DNA of 41,045 nt from an uncultured Candidatus Saccharibacteria bacterium (GCA_964349485.1 CAYGGE010000003.1:71899-112943); one strand, 5' to 3'; shown: positions 1 to 9,129, counted from the stretch's first letter. The notes: a model not told the origin generated them from the letters alone. Translations and numbers: made by a program.

Positions 1-1052
1 AGTGAATTGTAACCATGCATCCTAGCTACTTCCTCGATCAGATCTTCTGGTGCATGGCAGTCGAAGTAACGCCACGATGGAACCTTGAAATCACCATTTT
101 CGAAAGTAAAGCCAAGTCTATTGAGGTAACTCTCAACTTCGGCGTCATCAAAGTTGGTAGCAAGCAGTTGATTAGTCTTTTCAGCATTGAGGGCGATCTG
201 CTTTGTCTCGTGTGGTACGGGGTAATTATCGTAGCCAGTGGTTAACGTTCCGCCAGCAATTTCAGTTACTAATTTGGCCATTCGCTCAATGGATACTGGT
301 CCTATCTCCCAATCAGTCTCTCGCTCATAACGATACGATGCCTCGGTGCGTAATCCGAGCAACTTACTTGTTCGGCGGATTAATGGACGTGGAATAGCGT
401 TGGCCCAAATCAAGATGTTTTTTGTCTGCTCGGTAATCATGCACGATTTACTACCTCTGATTCCGACAAGGTCGATGATTTGACCACCACATTCGACCAC
501 CACAGTACCTTCCGGCAAAGTTAGTGCTTCGTCCTTAAGCGAAAGATAGGTCTCACCTTTCCTAGAAAAACGAATGGTGAATTCCTGTTCTGGAAGTTTA
601 TCAAGATCAAATGCATGGATAGGAACGCCCAATTCGAACATCACATAGTTAGTGAGATCGACAATTGAGTTGATACTGTGCTGGCCAACAGACGCCAATG
701 CGTCCTTAAGCCAGGCTGGCGAGGGTCCGATCGTTACCTCATGAGCGATGATCGACGAAAGGCGATGATATGTACCTTCCTCGGCGTGGATCATGAAGTT
801 AGGTAGTGTATCTGTAAAGTTCAGCTCTATTTGTACTGGTAAATTCATAGATTGCTTGGTTGAGGCGGCATACTCTCTGGCTAAACCGTAGATCGACAAC
901 AGATCACCACGGTTTGGGGTAATGTCGAGATCGATTACTTCACCCTGAATATCCTCAGCCTCAAAACCAAGGTTCACGAAACGTTCCGCCACACTTTCGG
1001 GGGATTCATTAACCGTTACAAATTGTTTAAGCCAAGAAAGGGGTAGCAACAT
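1..1052 (-). CDS. pheT: Phenylalanine--tRNA ligase beta subunit (runs off window start; short form lacking B2 OB-fold)
   Basis: Manual translation from ATG at 1052: MLLPLSWLKQFV...EVIDLDITPNRGDLLSIYGLARE; same frame at window edge reads PSWRYFD...EDLIEEVARMHGYN (B5 motif); directly downstream of pheS. Confidence 0.95.
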   Translation of the reverse strand, partial: MLLPLSWLKQFVTVNESPESVAERFVNLGFEAEDIQGEVIDLDITPNRGDLLSIYGLAREYAASTKQSMNLPVQIELNFTDTLPNFMIHAEEGTYHRLSSIIAHEVTIGPSPAWLKDALASVGQHSINSIVDLTNYVMFELGVPIHAFDLDKLPEQEFTIRFSRKGETYLSLKDEALTLPEGTVVVECGGQIIDLVGIRGSKSCMITEQTKNILIWANAIPRPLIRRTSKLLGLRTEASYRYERETDWEIGPVSIERMAKLVTEIAGGTLTTGYDNYPVPHETKQIALNAEKTNQLLATNFDDAEVESYLNRLGFTFENGDFKVPSWRYFDCHAPEDLIEEVARMHGYNS

Positions 1053-1064
1053 GAAGTATCTCTG

Positions 1065-1742
1065 TTAAAATTGTTTCAAAAATCGCAAATCGCCTTTGAA
1101 TAAGTGTCGTACATCATCTATCCCGAAATATATCATGGCGATTCGGTCCATGCCCATCCCGAAGGCCCAGCCACGCCACTCTTTCGGATCGAGTCCCATG
1201 TTCTGTATGACTTCTGGATGAATCATGCCACAACCAAAACCTTCAATCCATCGACCGTTGTAGAAGATATCCATATCCATGCCTGGTTCGACAAAGGGAT
1301 AATGATGAGGTCTGACTCGCGTTTTGATATCGGGACCAAACAATTCCTTAAATAAGTGCTCCATGGTGCCAATCAGTTCGGCCATGGTTGCATCTTTACT
1401 AATCACGCAACCATCGAGCTGATTGAGGGTCGACAGATGGGTAGCGTCGGTGGCTTCGTTGCGAAAGACTCGGCCTGGCATCACTACCCGGAGTGGTGGC
1501 TGGTGGTCTTTCGCGTAGTGACCTTGACCATTCGTAGTGTGGGTCCGCAAAACCCGACCATCGGTCAGCCAGAATGTGTCCTGGACATCTCTCGATGGGT
1601 GATCAGCCGGGATGCGCAGGAAGTCAAAATTGTACCATTCAGTTTCGATCTCCGGACTTTGATATACGTCAAAACCAAGGTCAGTAAAAACGGTAATGAC
1701 TTTACGAGCTAGTAATGTGATTGGGTGGAGATGGCCGTTCAT
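1065..1742 (-). CDS. pheS: Phenylalanine--tRNA ligase alpha subunit (catalytic core only)
   Basis: GHLHP, NFDFLRIPADHPSRDVQDTF, LRTHT, GRVFRNE, YPFVEP, GWAFGMGMDRIAM motifs. Confidence 0.96.
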   Translation of the reverse strand: MNGHLHPITLLARKVITVFTDLGFDVYQSPEIETEWYNFDFLRIPADHPSRDVQDTFWLTDGRVLRTHTTNGQGHYAKDHQPPLRVVMPGRVFRNEATDATHLSTLNQLDGCVISKDATMAELIGTMEHLFKELFGPDIKTRVRPHHYPFVEPGMDMDIFYNGRWIEGFGCGMIHPEVIQNMGLDPKEWRGWAFGMGMDRIAMIYFGIDDVRHLFKGDLRFLKQF

Positions 1743-1745
1743 TGA

Positions 1746-2144
1746 CTAATCCTCTTCGAGCGGTTGGCTTACGGCTGGTTTTCCTTGAAAAAACAGTTCA
1801 ATCAGCCCAATTGCTAATAGAAATGCTCCGGCATCGATACCTGAAAGAACGCGTAATGACTGCAGGAATAACAGGCCAGTGAGGGCTACCGATAATAAAG
1901 TTCCTTGGCGCAACGATGGTCCAAAATGAGCGTAAACTACCTCACGTCTGCCTAGCAAGACTCTTAATCCGAAGCCGAGAAAGGTGGTAATGCCCATGAT
2001 GAATAGGAAAATGCTGGAATAGAGAGCTACCAAAACAAAGGTTTCTGCCGACACCGGATCAATGTTGAAGATCACGGTAAGCCATCCACCTAGAGAAAGG
2101 AGAGTGATAGTGAACAGACCAAACAATGATTGCTTGAGTTGCAT
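1746..2144 (-). CDS. Hypothetical membrane protein (~4 TM helices)
   Basis: 132 aa ORF with four hydrophobic segments, tightly packed between rbfA and pheS. Confidence 0.8.
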   Translation of the reverse strand: MQLKQSLFGLFTITLLSLGGWLTVIFNIDPVSAETFVLVALYSSIFLFIMGITTFLGFGLRVLLGRREVVYAHFGPSLRQGTLLSVALTGLLFLQSLRVLSGIDAGAFLLAIGLIELFFQGKPAVSQPLEED

Positions 2145-2146
2145 AG

Positions 2147-2479
2147 TTAATTCTCAAGATTATTGAATAAGGCGTCTACACGCTCGATCTCATCTTTTTT
2201 CTCGTCAAGTCGGAAAGTGAGCTTTGGGATATGTTTCATGCGAAGTCGTTCTCGAAGTGGATTAAAGAAGCTGTGACTCTTTTTATTTAACGACTCGAGA
2301 AAACTGTTCGGATCAAGGTTATTGATAGTACTAATCCAGACTGTAGCTTGGCGCAGATCCGGAGACACAAAAACGCCTGTGATGGTTACCAGTCCTGGTT
2401 GTCCAGCTAATTCTTCCTCAAGAATAGAGGAAAGCTCTCGCTGTAGGTTTTCGTTTACTCTAATCAAACGGTTTGACAT
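2147..2479 (-). CDS. rbfA: Ribosome-binding factor A
   Basis: R..RVNENLQRELS, VTITGVFVSPDLRQATVWIS, RLRMKHIPKLTFRLD. Confidence 0.93.
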   Translation of the reverse strand: MSNRLIRVNENLQRELSSILEEELAGQPGLVTITGVFVSPDLRQATVWISTINNLDPNSFLESLNKKSHSFFNPLRERLRMKHIPKLTFRLDEKKDEIERVDALFNNLEN

Positions 2480-2485
2480 GGCGTA

Positions 2486-2514
2486 ATTATACCTGATAGA
2501 TCAAGCTTAGGCAA
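2486..2514 (-). promoter_or_regulatory. sigma70-type promoter of rbfA-pheST (leaderless)
   Basis: TTGCCT-17-TATAAT, then 6 nt to ATG. Confidence 0.75.
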
Positions 2515-2546
2515 CAAAAAAACGACATCGCTGTCGCTTTTTTGTT
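2513..2546 (-). terminator. Intrinsic terminator after rpsI
   Basis: AACAAAAAAACGACA-TCGC-TGTCGCTTTTTTGTT hairpin with A/T tracts on both sides. Confidence 0.7.
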
Positions 2547-2550
2547 AGGA

Positions 2551-2946
2551 TTAACGCTTGGCCCACTGTGGTGCGCGACGCGCCCCTTTGAGACCAGGTT
2601 TCTTGCGTTCTTTTTCTCGTGGATCTCGAGTTAGAAAACCGGCTTTCCGGAGTGACTGCTTGAGTGTTTCGTCAACTTCAAGGAGCGCACGAGCGACTCC
2701 AAGGCGGATGGCTTCCATTTGGCTCATCATACCGCCACCAGAAACAACGGCAGAGATATCAAATTTACCAGTCTGGCCGGTTATGGTGAAGGGGTCATTC
2801 ATTACGGTGTTCGGTTCAACCGCCTTGCCGTTGATCGATGCCCCGCCCTTGCCGGGGGTTAGTCGAACTCTGGCGATCGCGGTTTTGCGGCGGCCCAGAC
2901 CGAAATAATAGGTCTTATCGTATTTGGATGGTTTTGTTTCTTCCAT
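2551..2946 (-). CDS. rpsI: 30S ribosomal protein S9
   Basis: GRRKTAIARVRL, LTRDPREKERKKPGLKGARRAPQWAKR. Confidence 0.98.
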   Translation of the reverse strand: MEETKPSKYDKTYYFGLGRRKTAIARVRLTPGKGGASINGKAVEPNTVMNDPFTITGQTGKFDISAVVSGGGMMSQMEAIRLGVARALLEVDETLKQSLRKAGFLTRDPREKERKKPGLKGARRAPQWAKR

Positions 2947-2960
2947 AATAATCCTTGTGC

Positions 2961-3359
2961 TTACTTTTCTTCGCCAGCGAATATTCGAAGACGATTCATC
3001 CAGAGACTTCGCAAACGATTCTTCGGCAACATGCCGTAGACAGCACGTTCGATGACTCGTTCGGGGTAATTTTCGAGCAATGTCTTAAGCTGAGTCTCCT
3101 TGAGATTGCCGATGTAGCCAGAGTGACTGTAGTACATTTTATCATCAAGCTTATTACCGGTAACTTTGATTGCTGCAGCATTGATGACTTTGACGTAATC
3201 ACCGCCATCAATATACGAGGCAAAGCTCACTTTGTGCTTACCACGAAGTAACAGAGCAACGCGGGTTGCTAGACGGCCAAGAATTGCATCTTTGGCATCG
3301 ATGATGTGGACTTCTCGCTTAATCTGGGGTCTAGTTGTGGAGCTATCTGTCTTATTCAT
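2961..3359 (-). CDS. rplM: 50S ribosomal protein L13
   Basis: IDAKDAILGRLAT, LRGKHK, DGGDYVKVINA, GMLPKNRL. Confidence 0.98.
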   Translation of the reverse strand: MNKTDSSTTRPQIKREVHIIDAKDAILGRLATRVALLLRGKHKVSFASYIDGGDYVKVINAAAIKVTGNKLDDKMYYSHSGYIGNLKETQLKTLLENYPERVIERAVYGMLPKNRLRSLWMNRLRIFAGEEK

Positions 3360-3774
3360 GATCTAACGCCTTAGTCTTCATGGTTTCTGTCTTTGTTTTT
3401 GCCGGTATGGTTACTGCTTCTGCCTTTTTTTCTTCTGGCATCAGGCCAATTAAGGCCGCCTCGGCATTGTCACCGTTTCGGTTTCCGGTGTGAAGGATGC
3501 GAATGTAACCACCGTCTCGGGTGGCAAACCGAGGGGCTAGTTCGTCAAATAGTTTTTTGGTTACATTACTGTCGAAGTAGAGCCCTTCAATTTGACGTCG
3601 GGCCGCTAGCGTATTCTTTTTCGCCAATGTCACACTTCGCTCGATTAATGCACGAACTGCCTTGGCCTTGGCCTCGGTGGTTAGGGCTTTTTCGAACAAT
3701 ATAACAGAAGCAGCTAGGTTTCGCAGCATATGACTTCGATGGGCTTTTTTCCGCCCTAATTTTCTAATAATCAT
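3352..3774 (-). CDS. rplQ: 50S ribosomal protein L17
   Basis: KLGRKKAHRSHMLRNLA, TTEAKAK, RDGGYIRI, RNGDNA. Confidence 0.97.
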   Translation of the reverse strand: MIIRKLGRKKAHRSHMLRNLAASVILFEKALTTEAKAKAVRALIERSVTLAKKNTLAARRQIEGLYFDSNVTKKLFDELAPRFATRDGGYIRILHTGNRNGDNAEAALIGLMPEEKKAEAVTIPAKTKTETMKTKALDHE

Positions 3775-3786
3775 GAAAATCTCCTG

Positions 3787-4593
3787 TTACTCGGTGACTT
3801 CCGCTACTTTTCGGCTGCGTCGTTTTGGTTTGGCTTCGACAATTTCATTCTCATCAATCATCTCAGTCTCGGTTAGTACCGGTTCTTCCGCTGATGTATT
3901 GATCGCTAAACCAGCTAGAATCGAGAAATGATCAATCAATATCTGAGAAGCTTGCTTTAAGGCATCATAAGGATCGACCGTTCCGTCGGTTGTAATTTCG
4001 AGAGAAATCTTGTCAAAGTTAGTCATCTGGTCAACTCGAGTATTCTCGACGGTGTAGTGGACTTTTTTAGTCGGGGTAAAGATGCTGTCGATGGCGATTG
4101 AACCCAACGGTTGCTTTTCTGCGCGACGCATCTCGACTGTCACGTAGCCACGACCCTTTTCACAGCTAACTTCGAGTGAAAGGTGACCCTTTTTATCTAG
4201 GGTGGCGATGTGCAAGCTAGGATTCATAATCTCGACATCCGCGTGTTTCTTGAAGTCGGCGGCAGTTACTACACCCGGACCTTTTTTATCGAGTGTCAAG
4301 ATGATTGGTTCATCAGAGTTAAGTTTAAAGTTGAGATTCTTAAGGTTTAAGATTATCTCTACCACATCTTCCTCGACGCCAGGAACAGTTGAGAACTCAT
4401 GAGTAGCGCCTTCGATTCGAACGGAAGTGATTGCAGCGCCCGGAAGTGAAGCAAGCAAAACTCGTCGCAATGAGTTTGCTAATGTAACGCCGTATCCTGG
4501 GGCTAATGGCTCAATGTCGAACTTGGCGTAAAAACCATCACGTTCAACTTCTTTGACTTCGACTAATGCGGTTTCTGGTAGCAAGTATGACAT
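3787..4593 (-). CDS. rpoA: RNA polymerase alpha subunit (N-terminal domain only, no alpha-CTD)
   Basis: IEPLAPGYGVTLANSLRRVLL, HEFSTVPGVEEDV, GRGYV, VENTRV; located between rpsD and rplQ. Confidence 0.97.
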   Translation of the reverse strand: MSYLLPETALVEVKEVERDGFYAKFDIEPLAPGYGVTLANSLRRVLLASLPGAAITSVRIEGATHEFSTVPGVEEDVVEIILNLKNLNFKLNSDEPIILTLDKKGPGVVTAADFKKHADVEIMNPSLHIATLDKKGHLSLEVSCEKGRGYVTVEMRRAEKQPLGSIAIDSIFTPTKKVHYTVENTRVDQMTNFDKISLEITTDGTVDPYDALKQASQILIDHFSILAGLAINTSAEEPVLTETEMIDENEIVEAKPKRRSRKVAEVTE

Positions 4594-4617
4594 GCTTACT
4601 CCTCTTTTTTGGAGAGA

Positions 4618-5145
4618 TTAACGTGAATAAAACTCAACGATTAACTGTTCATTAATATCAAGGTCGATACTGTCTCGGGTAGGGAGATGTTTGACAGTCC
4701 CGGCATTCTTCTTTTTGTCGTAGTCTAGCCACTCGGGAATCGGGGCTTCTCGTGGGATTGGATCGAGTTTGGTAAGCTCAACACTATCCCCTGGCTTAAC
4801 AAGATATGAAGGTATTGAGACTTTTTGACCATTGACCTTGACGTGACCGTGGTTGACCATCTGACGTGCTTGAGCTCGGCTCATAGCGAGATCGAGGCGA
4901 TAGATAACATTGTCCAGACGTCTTTCCAAGGTTTGTAGTAAGAGCTCACCAGTTGCTTCGTTTGAGGCGGCGGCACGAGTGAAGTAATTACGAAACTGTT
5001 TCTCACGCAAACCGTAGGTGAAACGAGCCTTCTGTTTCTCACGTAGTTGCTTGCCATATTCTGAGAGTTTTGGACCGCCACGAAACGGGGCAGGTTCGTC
5101 AGTCTTCTTGCGCAGATATTTAGGTAAAGTAATGCGTTTTGACAT
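4618..5145 (-). CDS. rpsD: 30S ribosomal protein S4
   Basis: SEYGKQLREKQK, LERRLDNVIYR, ARQMVNHGHVKVNG, LIVEFYSR. Confidence 0.98.
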   Translation of the reverse strand: MSKRITLPKYLRKKTDEPAPFRGGPKLSEYGKQLREKQKARFTYGLREKQFRNYFTRAAASNEATGELLLQTLERRLDNVIYRLDLAMSRAQARQMVNHGHVKVNGQKVSIPSYLVKPGDSVELTKLDPIPREAPIPEWLDYDKKKNAGTVKHLPTRDSIDLDINEQLIVEFYSR

Positions 5146-5163
5146 AATGTCCTCGTATCGTTA

Positions 5164-5559
5164 TTAGACTCGGCGGGGTTTTTTAGCTCTGGTACCATTG
5201 TGAGCGATTGGTGTGGTGTCTTTGATACCACTGACCATCAAGCCAGTTCCCTGAAGGGCACGGACCGCGGCTTCGCGACCTTGACCAACTCCTGAGACAA
5301 AGACCTCAACTGACTCGAGATTGTAGGCCTTAGCTTTATCAACAGCATTCTTCAAGGTGACCTGGGCGGCGTAAGGCGTTGATTTACGAGCACCTTTGAA
5401 GTTTGATCCACCAGCTGATGCCCAACTTATCGTATTGCCGTTTTGGTCGGTAACAGTGACAATCGTGTTATTGAATGTCGCTTGCACATAAACCTTGCCC
5501 TTAGGTACAGGGTGAATATTCTTCTTGCGCATTGTCGACTTCTTAGTTGGTTGAGCCAT
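5164..5559 (-). CDS. rpsK: 30S ribosomal protein S11
   Basis: ATFNNTIVTVTD, RKSTPYAAQ, DTTPIAHNG, KPRRV. Confidence 0.98.
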   Translation of the reverse strand: MAQPTKKSTMRKKNIHPVPKGKVYVQATFNNTIVTVTDQNGNTISWASAGGSNFKGARKSTPYAAQVTLKNAVDKAKAYNLESVEVFVSGVGQGREAAVRALQGTGLMVSGIKDTTPIAHNGTRAKKPRRV

Positions 5560-5567
5560 TCTAACTC

Positions 5568-5643
5568 CTAGTTCTCTAGTTATCTAGTTCTCTTGTTCTC
5601 TGGTTAACTAGACAACTAGAGAACCAGAGAACCAAAAAACCAG
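5568..5643. repeat. Inverted array of degenerate 8-mer repeats (CTRGTTNT)n/(ANAACYAG)n
   Basis: CTAGTTCT CTAGTTAT CTAGTTCT CTTGTTCT CTGGTT|AACTAGAC AACTAGAG AACCAGAG AACCAAAA AACCAG. Confidence 0.85.
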
Positions 5644-5644
5644 T

Positions 5645-6031
5645 TTAGGTTTTCTCTGAAGATTTCTTTCGACCGGAACCTACGGTGACTTTTCGGCCGC
5701 GTTTGGTGCGAGCATTGGTTTTAGTTCGCTGACCATGGACTGGCAGATTCTTGGCGTGACGGGTACCTCGGTACGAACCAACTTCCTTTAAGCGTTTGAT
5801 ATTTTGACTTACTTCAGTTCTCAAATCGCCTTCAACTTTGTAAGTTCGCTCGAGTATTGCCCGAATTCGTTCAAGCTCAGCTTCTGACAGTTCACCCATC
5901 TTTCGAATTGGATCGACTTTAGCATCAATCGCAATCTTCTTGGCTAAAGTTCGGCCAATACCGTAAAGATAGGAGAGGCCAATCTCCACGTTCTTACCGT
6001 CTGGGATGTTGATTCCAACAATACGAGCCAT
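5645..6031 (-). CDS. rpsM: 30S ribosomal protein S13
   Basis: MARIVGINIP, YGIGR, VEGDLR, LPVHGQRTKTNARTKRG. Confidence 0.98.
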   Translation of the reverse strand: MARIVGINIPDGKNVEIGLSYLYGIGRTLAKKIAIDAKVDPIRKMGELSEAELERIRAILERTYKVEGDLRTEVSQNIKRLKEVGSYRGTRHAKNLPVHGQRTKTNARTKRGRKVTVGSGRKKSSEKT

Positions 6032-6082
6032 AATGTCCTTTCACTCTACTAGTAACCAATCACTTGCTACTAGGATACTAGT

Positions 6083-6196
6083 TTAGCCTTGTCTCTGTTT
6101 GTGGCGGGGATTTTCACAGATTACTAAAACTACCCGATTACGGCGAATAATTTTACATTTGAGACACCGCTTTTTAACTGAAGGTTTTACATGCAT
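6083..6196 (-). CDS. rpmJ: 50S ribosomal protein L36 (Zn-ribbon type)
   Basis: Not in ORF track; manual translation [37 protein letters not shown]. Confidence 0.97.
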   Translation of the reverse strand: MHVKPSVKKRCLKCKIIRRNRVVLVICENPRHKQRQG

Positions 6197-6199
6197 CGA

Positions 6200-6559
6200 T
6201 TACTCCTCATCGGTAGTTTCAGGGTTAGCTTCGTCCAAAATCGATTCAGGGCTGGTTATGTGTTCAAGAGCCATGTCTGTGACAGACGGCGTCACTGCCT
6301 CGGTAGGCGGTTGGGTACTGGCAAAAGGATCTTCGCCAGGCTTCAGCCGACGAACGATTCTACCTTTGGTCAAATCGTACGGTGACATCTCGAGAGTAAC
6401 TCGATCGCCAGGCAGAACCTTGATGAAATACTTGCGCATCTTGCCCGAGAGATGGCAGAGGATCAGCTCGCTTTGACCTTCGATTTCAACCCGAAACGTA
6501 GCATTGGGCAATGATTCTGCGACGGTTCCTACTTGGATGATGAAATCTTCTTTAGACAT
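6200..6559 (-). CDS. infA: Translation initiation factor IF-1 with acidic C-terminal extension
   Basis: [48 protein letters not shown]. Confidence 0.96.
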   Translation of the reverse strand: MSKEDFIIQVGTVAESLPNATFRVEIEGQSELILCHLSGKMRKYFIKVLPGDRVTLEMSPYDLTKGRIVRRLKPGEDPFASTQPPTEAVTPSVTDMALEHITSPESILDEANPETTDEE

Positions 6560-6668
6560 AGTTGGTTCAAACGAAATGACCGCCGAAAGATTGGCGGGTA
6601 CTCAGGGTAATTGGTAGGTTACTAACCTCTCACTCGCTACTCAATCATATCTGAGGTTTAATATGGTA

Positions 6669-6697
6669 ATTGTAACAAACTCTCTTGATTTGGTCAA
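6669..6697 (-). promoter_or_regulatory. sigma70-type promoter of infA-rpmJ-alpha operon
   Basis: TTGACC-17-TACAAT. Confidence 0.65.
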
Positions 6698-6700
6698 GGG

Positions 6701-7447
6701 TTATTGGGTTAATATCGTGTAACCAGTCTGTGTGACGGCGACTGTATGCTCAAAATGAGCCGATCTTGAGTGATCGATTGTCGCGATGGTCCAATCATCA
6801 TCGAGCTGCTTAACCTGGGGATTTCCAAGCGTAACCATTGGCTCAATTGCCAGAACCATGCCTGCTTTGAGCTCGGGACCTGTGCCAGATTTACCAAAAT
6901 TGGGAATCGACGGTTCCTCGTGGGGTGATTGGCCAATCCCATGCCCGGTCAGGTCGCGAACAATGCCAAATGGGTGTTTCACGAGGGACTTCTGGATAGC
7001 GGCACTAATATCACCAATCTGGGAGCCTGGCTTAACTTGGTCGATACCGATTTGCAGGGCTTCTTTCGTAACCTTAAGCAATCGGTCCGATGATTCATCG
7101 ATTACCCCGGCAGCGACGGTAACTGCGTGATCAGTACAGTAACCTTTATAACGAAGACCGATATCGACACCAATGATATCTCCTTCCCTTATTAAGCGCT
7201 TTTTGCTGGGAATGCCATGGACAACTTCGTCGTTAATTGAGATACAGCTGACTGACGGGTAGCCGTGGAAACCTAAAAAACTCGATTCTCCACCACTGGC
7301 CTCAATCAGTCGAACTGCCTCCAACTCTAAATCCCAGGTGGTGATGTTAGGTTTCACCATCGAAGCTACTTTGGCGACAATCTGAGCCAACTTGTGACCG
7401 CCTTCGGCCATAATCTCGATTTCGGCTGGTGTTTTAATTATGATCAT
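6701..7447 (-). CDS. map: Methionine aminopeptidase type I
   Basis: Start MIIIKTPAEIEIM; CISINDEVVHGIP, GHGIG, HEEP, AIEPM, SAHFEHT. Confidence 0.97.
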   Translation of the reverse strand: MIIIKTPAEIEIMAEGGHKLAQIVAKVASMVKPNITTWDLELEAVRLIEASGGESSFLGFHGYPSVSCISINDEVVHGIPSKKRLIREGDIIGVDIGLRYKGYCTDHAVTVAAGVIDESSDRLLKVTKEALQIGIDQVKPGSQIGDISAAIQKSLVKHPFGIVRDLTGHGIGQSPHEEPSIPNFGKSGTGPELKAGMVLAIEPMVTLGNPQVKQLDDDWTIATIDHSRSAHFEHTVAVTQTGYTILTQ

Positions 7448-8108
7448 GAGGTTTCCCAATACTGGCGAGGTAGGCGTCAATTTTTTCAATAGCTTCTTTA
7501 CTGACTATATCAATCGATGGGGCAGCGTCGATATCGATGACCTGTCCATGAGTTCTAAACCAATCGATCACCGGTTCGGTATCACGATGATACCAATTGA
7601 TTCGTTCCCGGATCGCCTCAGGTCTATCGTCGTGACGAATTATCAATGCTCCGCCACATTGCTGACAAGATGACGGCGAGCCGGCTTCTACAATCGCTTG
7701 GGACCCACAGCGTTCACAGATACGGCGTTTGCTGAGCCGACTTAGAGCGGTCTCATCTTCAAGGCGTAAAAAAATGATGACGGGTAAAGGTAAATCTAAC
7801 TGAGCAAAGACTTTACGCTGGGCCTCAAGTTCATCTAGGCCTCGAAAAAAGCCCTCAAAGAGTATGTCCTTATCTCGCGGTACCTGTCTAACCGCATCTC
7901 TGGTCACTTCGGAAATTATCTCTGGAGTGACTCTACGACCGTAATCGATGTAACTGGCAATTTCTTGACCCTGTTCACTACCTGACTCTTTGATCCGTCG
8001 CAAAGAACCACCAGCTTCAATTAAGATAAATCCAAAATGATTGGCGAGATTCTTCGCTTGTGTGCCTTTACCGCTACCTTGGGAGCCGAGCATATTGAAT
8101 GTGATCAT
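7434..8108 (-). CDS. adk: Adenylate kinase
   Basis: P-loop GSQGSGKGTQ, Zn-LID CERC...CQQC, RHDD; canonical position before map. Confidence 0.9.
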   Translation of the reverse strand: MITFNMLGSQGSGKGTQAKNLANHFGFILIEAGGSLRRIKESGSEQGQEIASYIDYGRRVTPEIISEVTRDAVRQVPRDKDILFEGFFRGLDELEAQRKVFAQLDLPLPVIIFLRLEDETALSRLSKRRICERCGSQAIVEAGSPSSCQQCGGALIIRHDDRPEAIRERINWYHRDTEPVIDWFRTHGQVIDIDAAPSIDIVSKEAIEKIDAYLASIGKPHDHN

Positions 8109-8115
8109 GTGTTCC

Positions 8116-9129
8116 TTACTTTACCCAGCCGAGCAATTCAATTGCTTGCTTAAACTGAGTTTGCTGTTTACCGTCGATACTGCTGACAACGATAGTCCCG
8201 GGTTCATTGGGAGTATATTTTTCGCTCGGCACCTGTAGGAAGGCAACTGCACTGGCGTCAGGTGCGACGGTGACTGATCGCTCAACCAACTTCGTGTCGA
8301 CCAGCTTGATTAACTCATTAGTCTTTGGATCGAGGAGGTATGGGTCAAACTCGCCAACTGTAGCACGCTTCAAAGGTGCGGCGGTAAAGGCGACGAGCCC
8401 AACTGAGCCCCAATCCAGATCTTGTATGATAGTCTGGTCCTTCTTGTAGAGTGTACCATTCGTCTTTGACGCAATGTCGTATGTCGCTAGCTCAGTTCCT
8501 TTGGTGCTTGCTCCACGGATGAAGCCTAACTGCTTACCGTCAGGGCTGAAAGAGGGACTGCTTACCCCGTCTGGATTGGTTACCAAGGTTTGCTCATCCT
8601 TACCGTCGACGCCGGCGATATTAAGAGTGAAGCCAAATACTGAATCTGTATTGATGAACCGACTGAAAGCTAGTTTTGTCTGATCTGGCGAAATGGCTGG
8701 TGCGGCGGTGACATCAAAGTCGTCAACTAGGGTAGTCAGCTTACCGCTCCCATCCGTCTTAATCGCCACAAGGTGCCCACGATTATCACTCCCCGGTCCG
8801 ATGACCGCTATGATCGAATCACCTGATCTGGCAACTCTGGAGACGAGTTTGATCCCGTTAGTCTTTCCCTTATCTGAGAAGATCATTCGCTCTTTGCCGT
8901 TCGTCACGTCGAGCGAATGTATCTCAAGCGCGCTACCATTTTCAGTCAGAAAGAATAGTTGTCCGCCCGGCGCCCAATCTTGAGTGACGGTTGCTGGGGA
9001 GGTCACCGATACTGATGGCTGATCAGTCGCGGGACTCTGTGTGGCTGTCGGTGTCGGCAAGCCTCGGTTAACCATCGCCCCTAGACCAATTAGTGCACCG
9101 ATGAAGATGAGAGAAATCAGTGATTTCAT
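8116..9129 (-). CDS. Membrane-anchored/secreted TolB-like (PD40) beta-propeller protein
   Basis: N-terminal hydrophobic helix, P/T/S-rich linker, repeated WAPGG/ISPDQ/FSPDG/VAPDA blades. Confidence 0.75.
   Translation of the reverse strand: MKSLISLIFIGALIGLGAMVNRGLPTPTATQSPATDQPSVSVTSPATVTQDWAPGGQLFFLTENGSALEIHSLDVTNGKERMIFSDKGKTNGIKLVSRVARSGDSIIAVIGPGSDNRGHLVAIKTDGSGKLTTLVDDFDVTAAPAISPDQTKLAFSRFINTDSVFGFTLNIAGVDGKDEQTLVTNPDGVSSPSFSPDGKQLGFIRGASTKGTELATYDIASKTNGTLYKKDQTIIQDLDWGSVGLVAFTAAPLKRATVGEFDPYLLDPKTNELIKLVDTKLVERSVTVAPDASAVAFLQVPSEKYTPNEPGTIVVSSIDGKQQTQFKQAIELLGWVK

Noticed and set aside
15..397. Plus-strand ORFs 15-245 and 203-397, and similar antisense ORFs across the ribosomal and uvr genes
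   Set aside because: They are shadows of conserved opposite-strand genes (pheT etc.) with no recognisable motifs.
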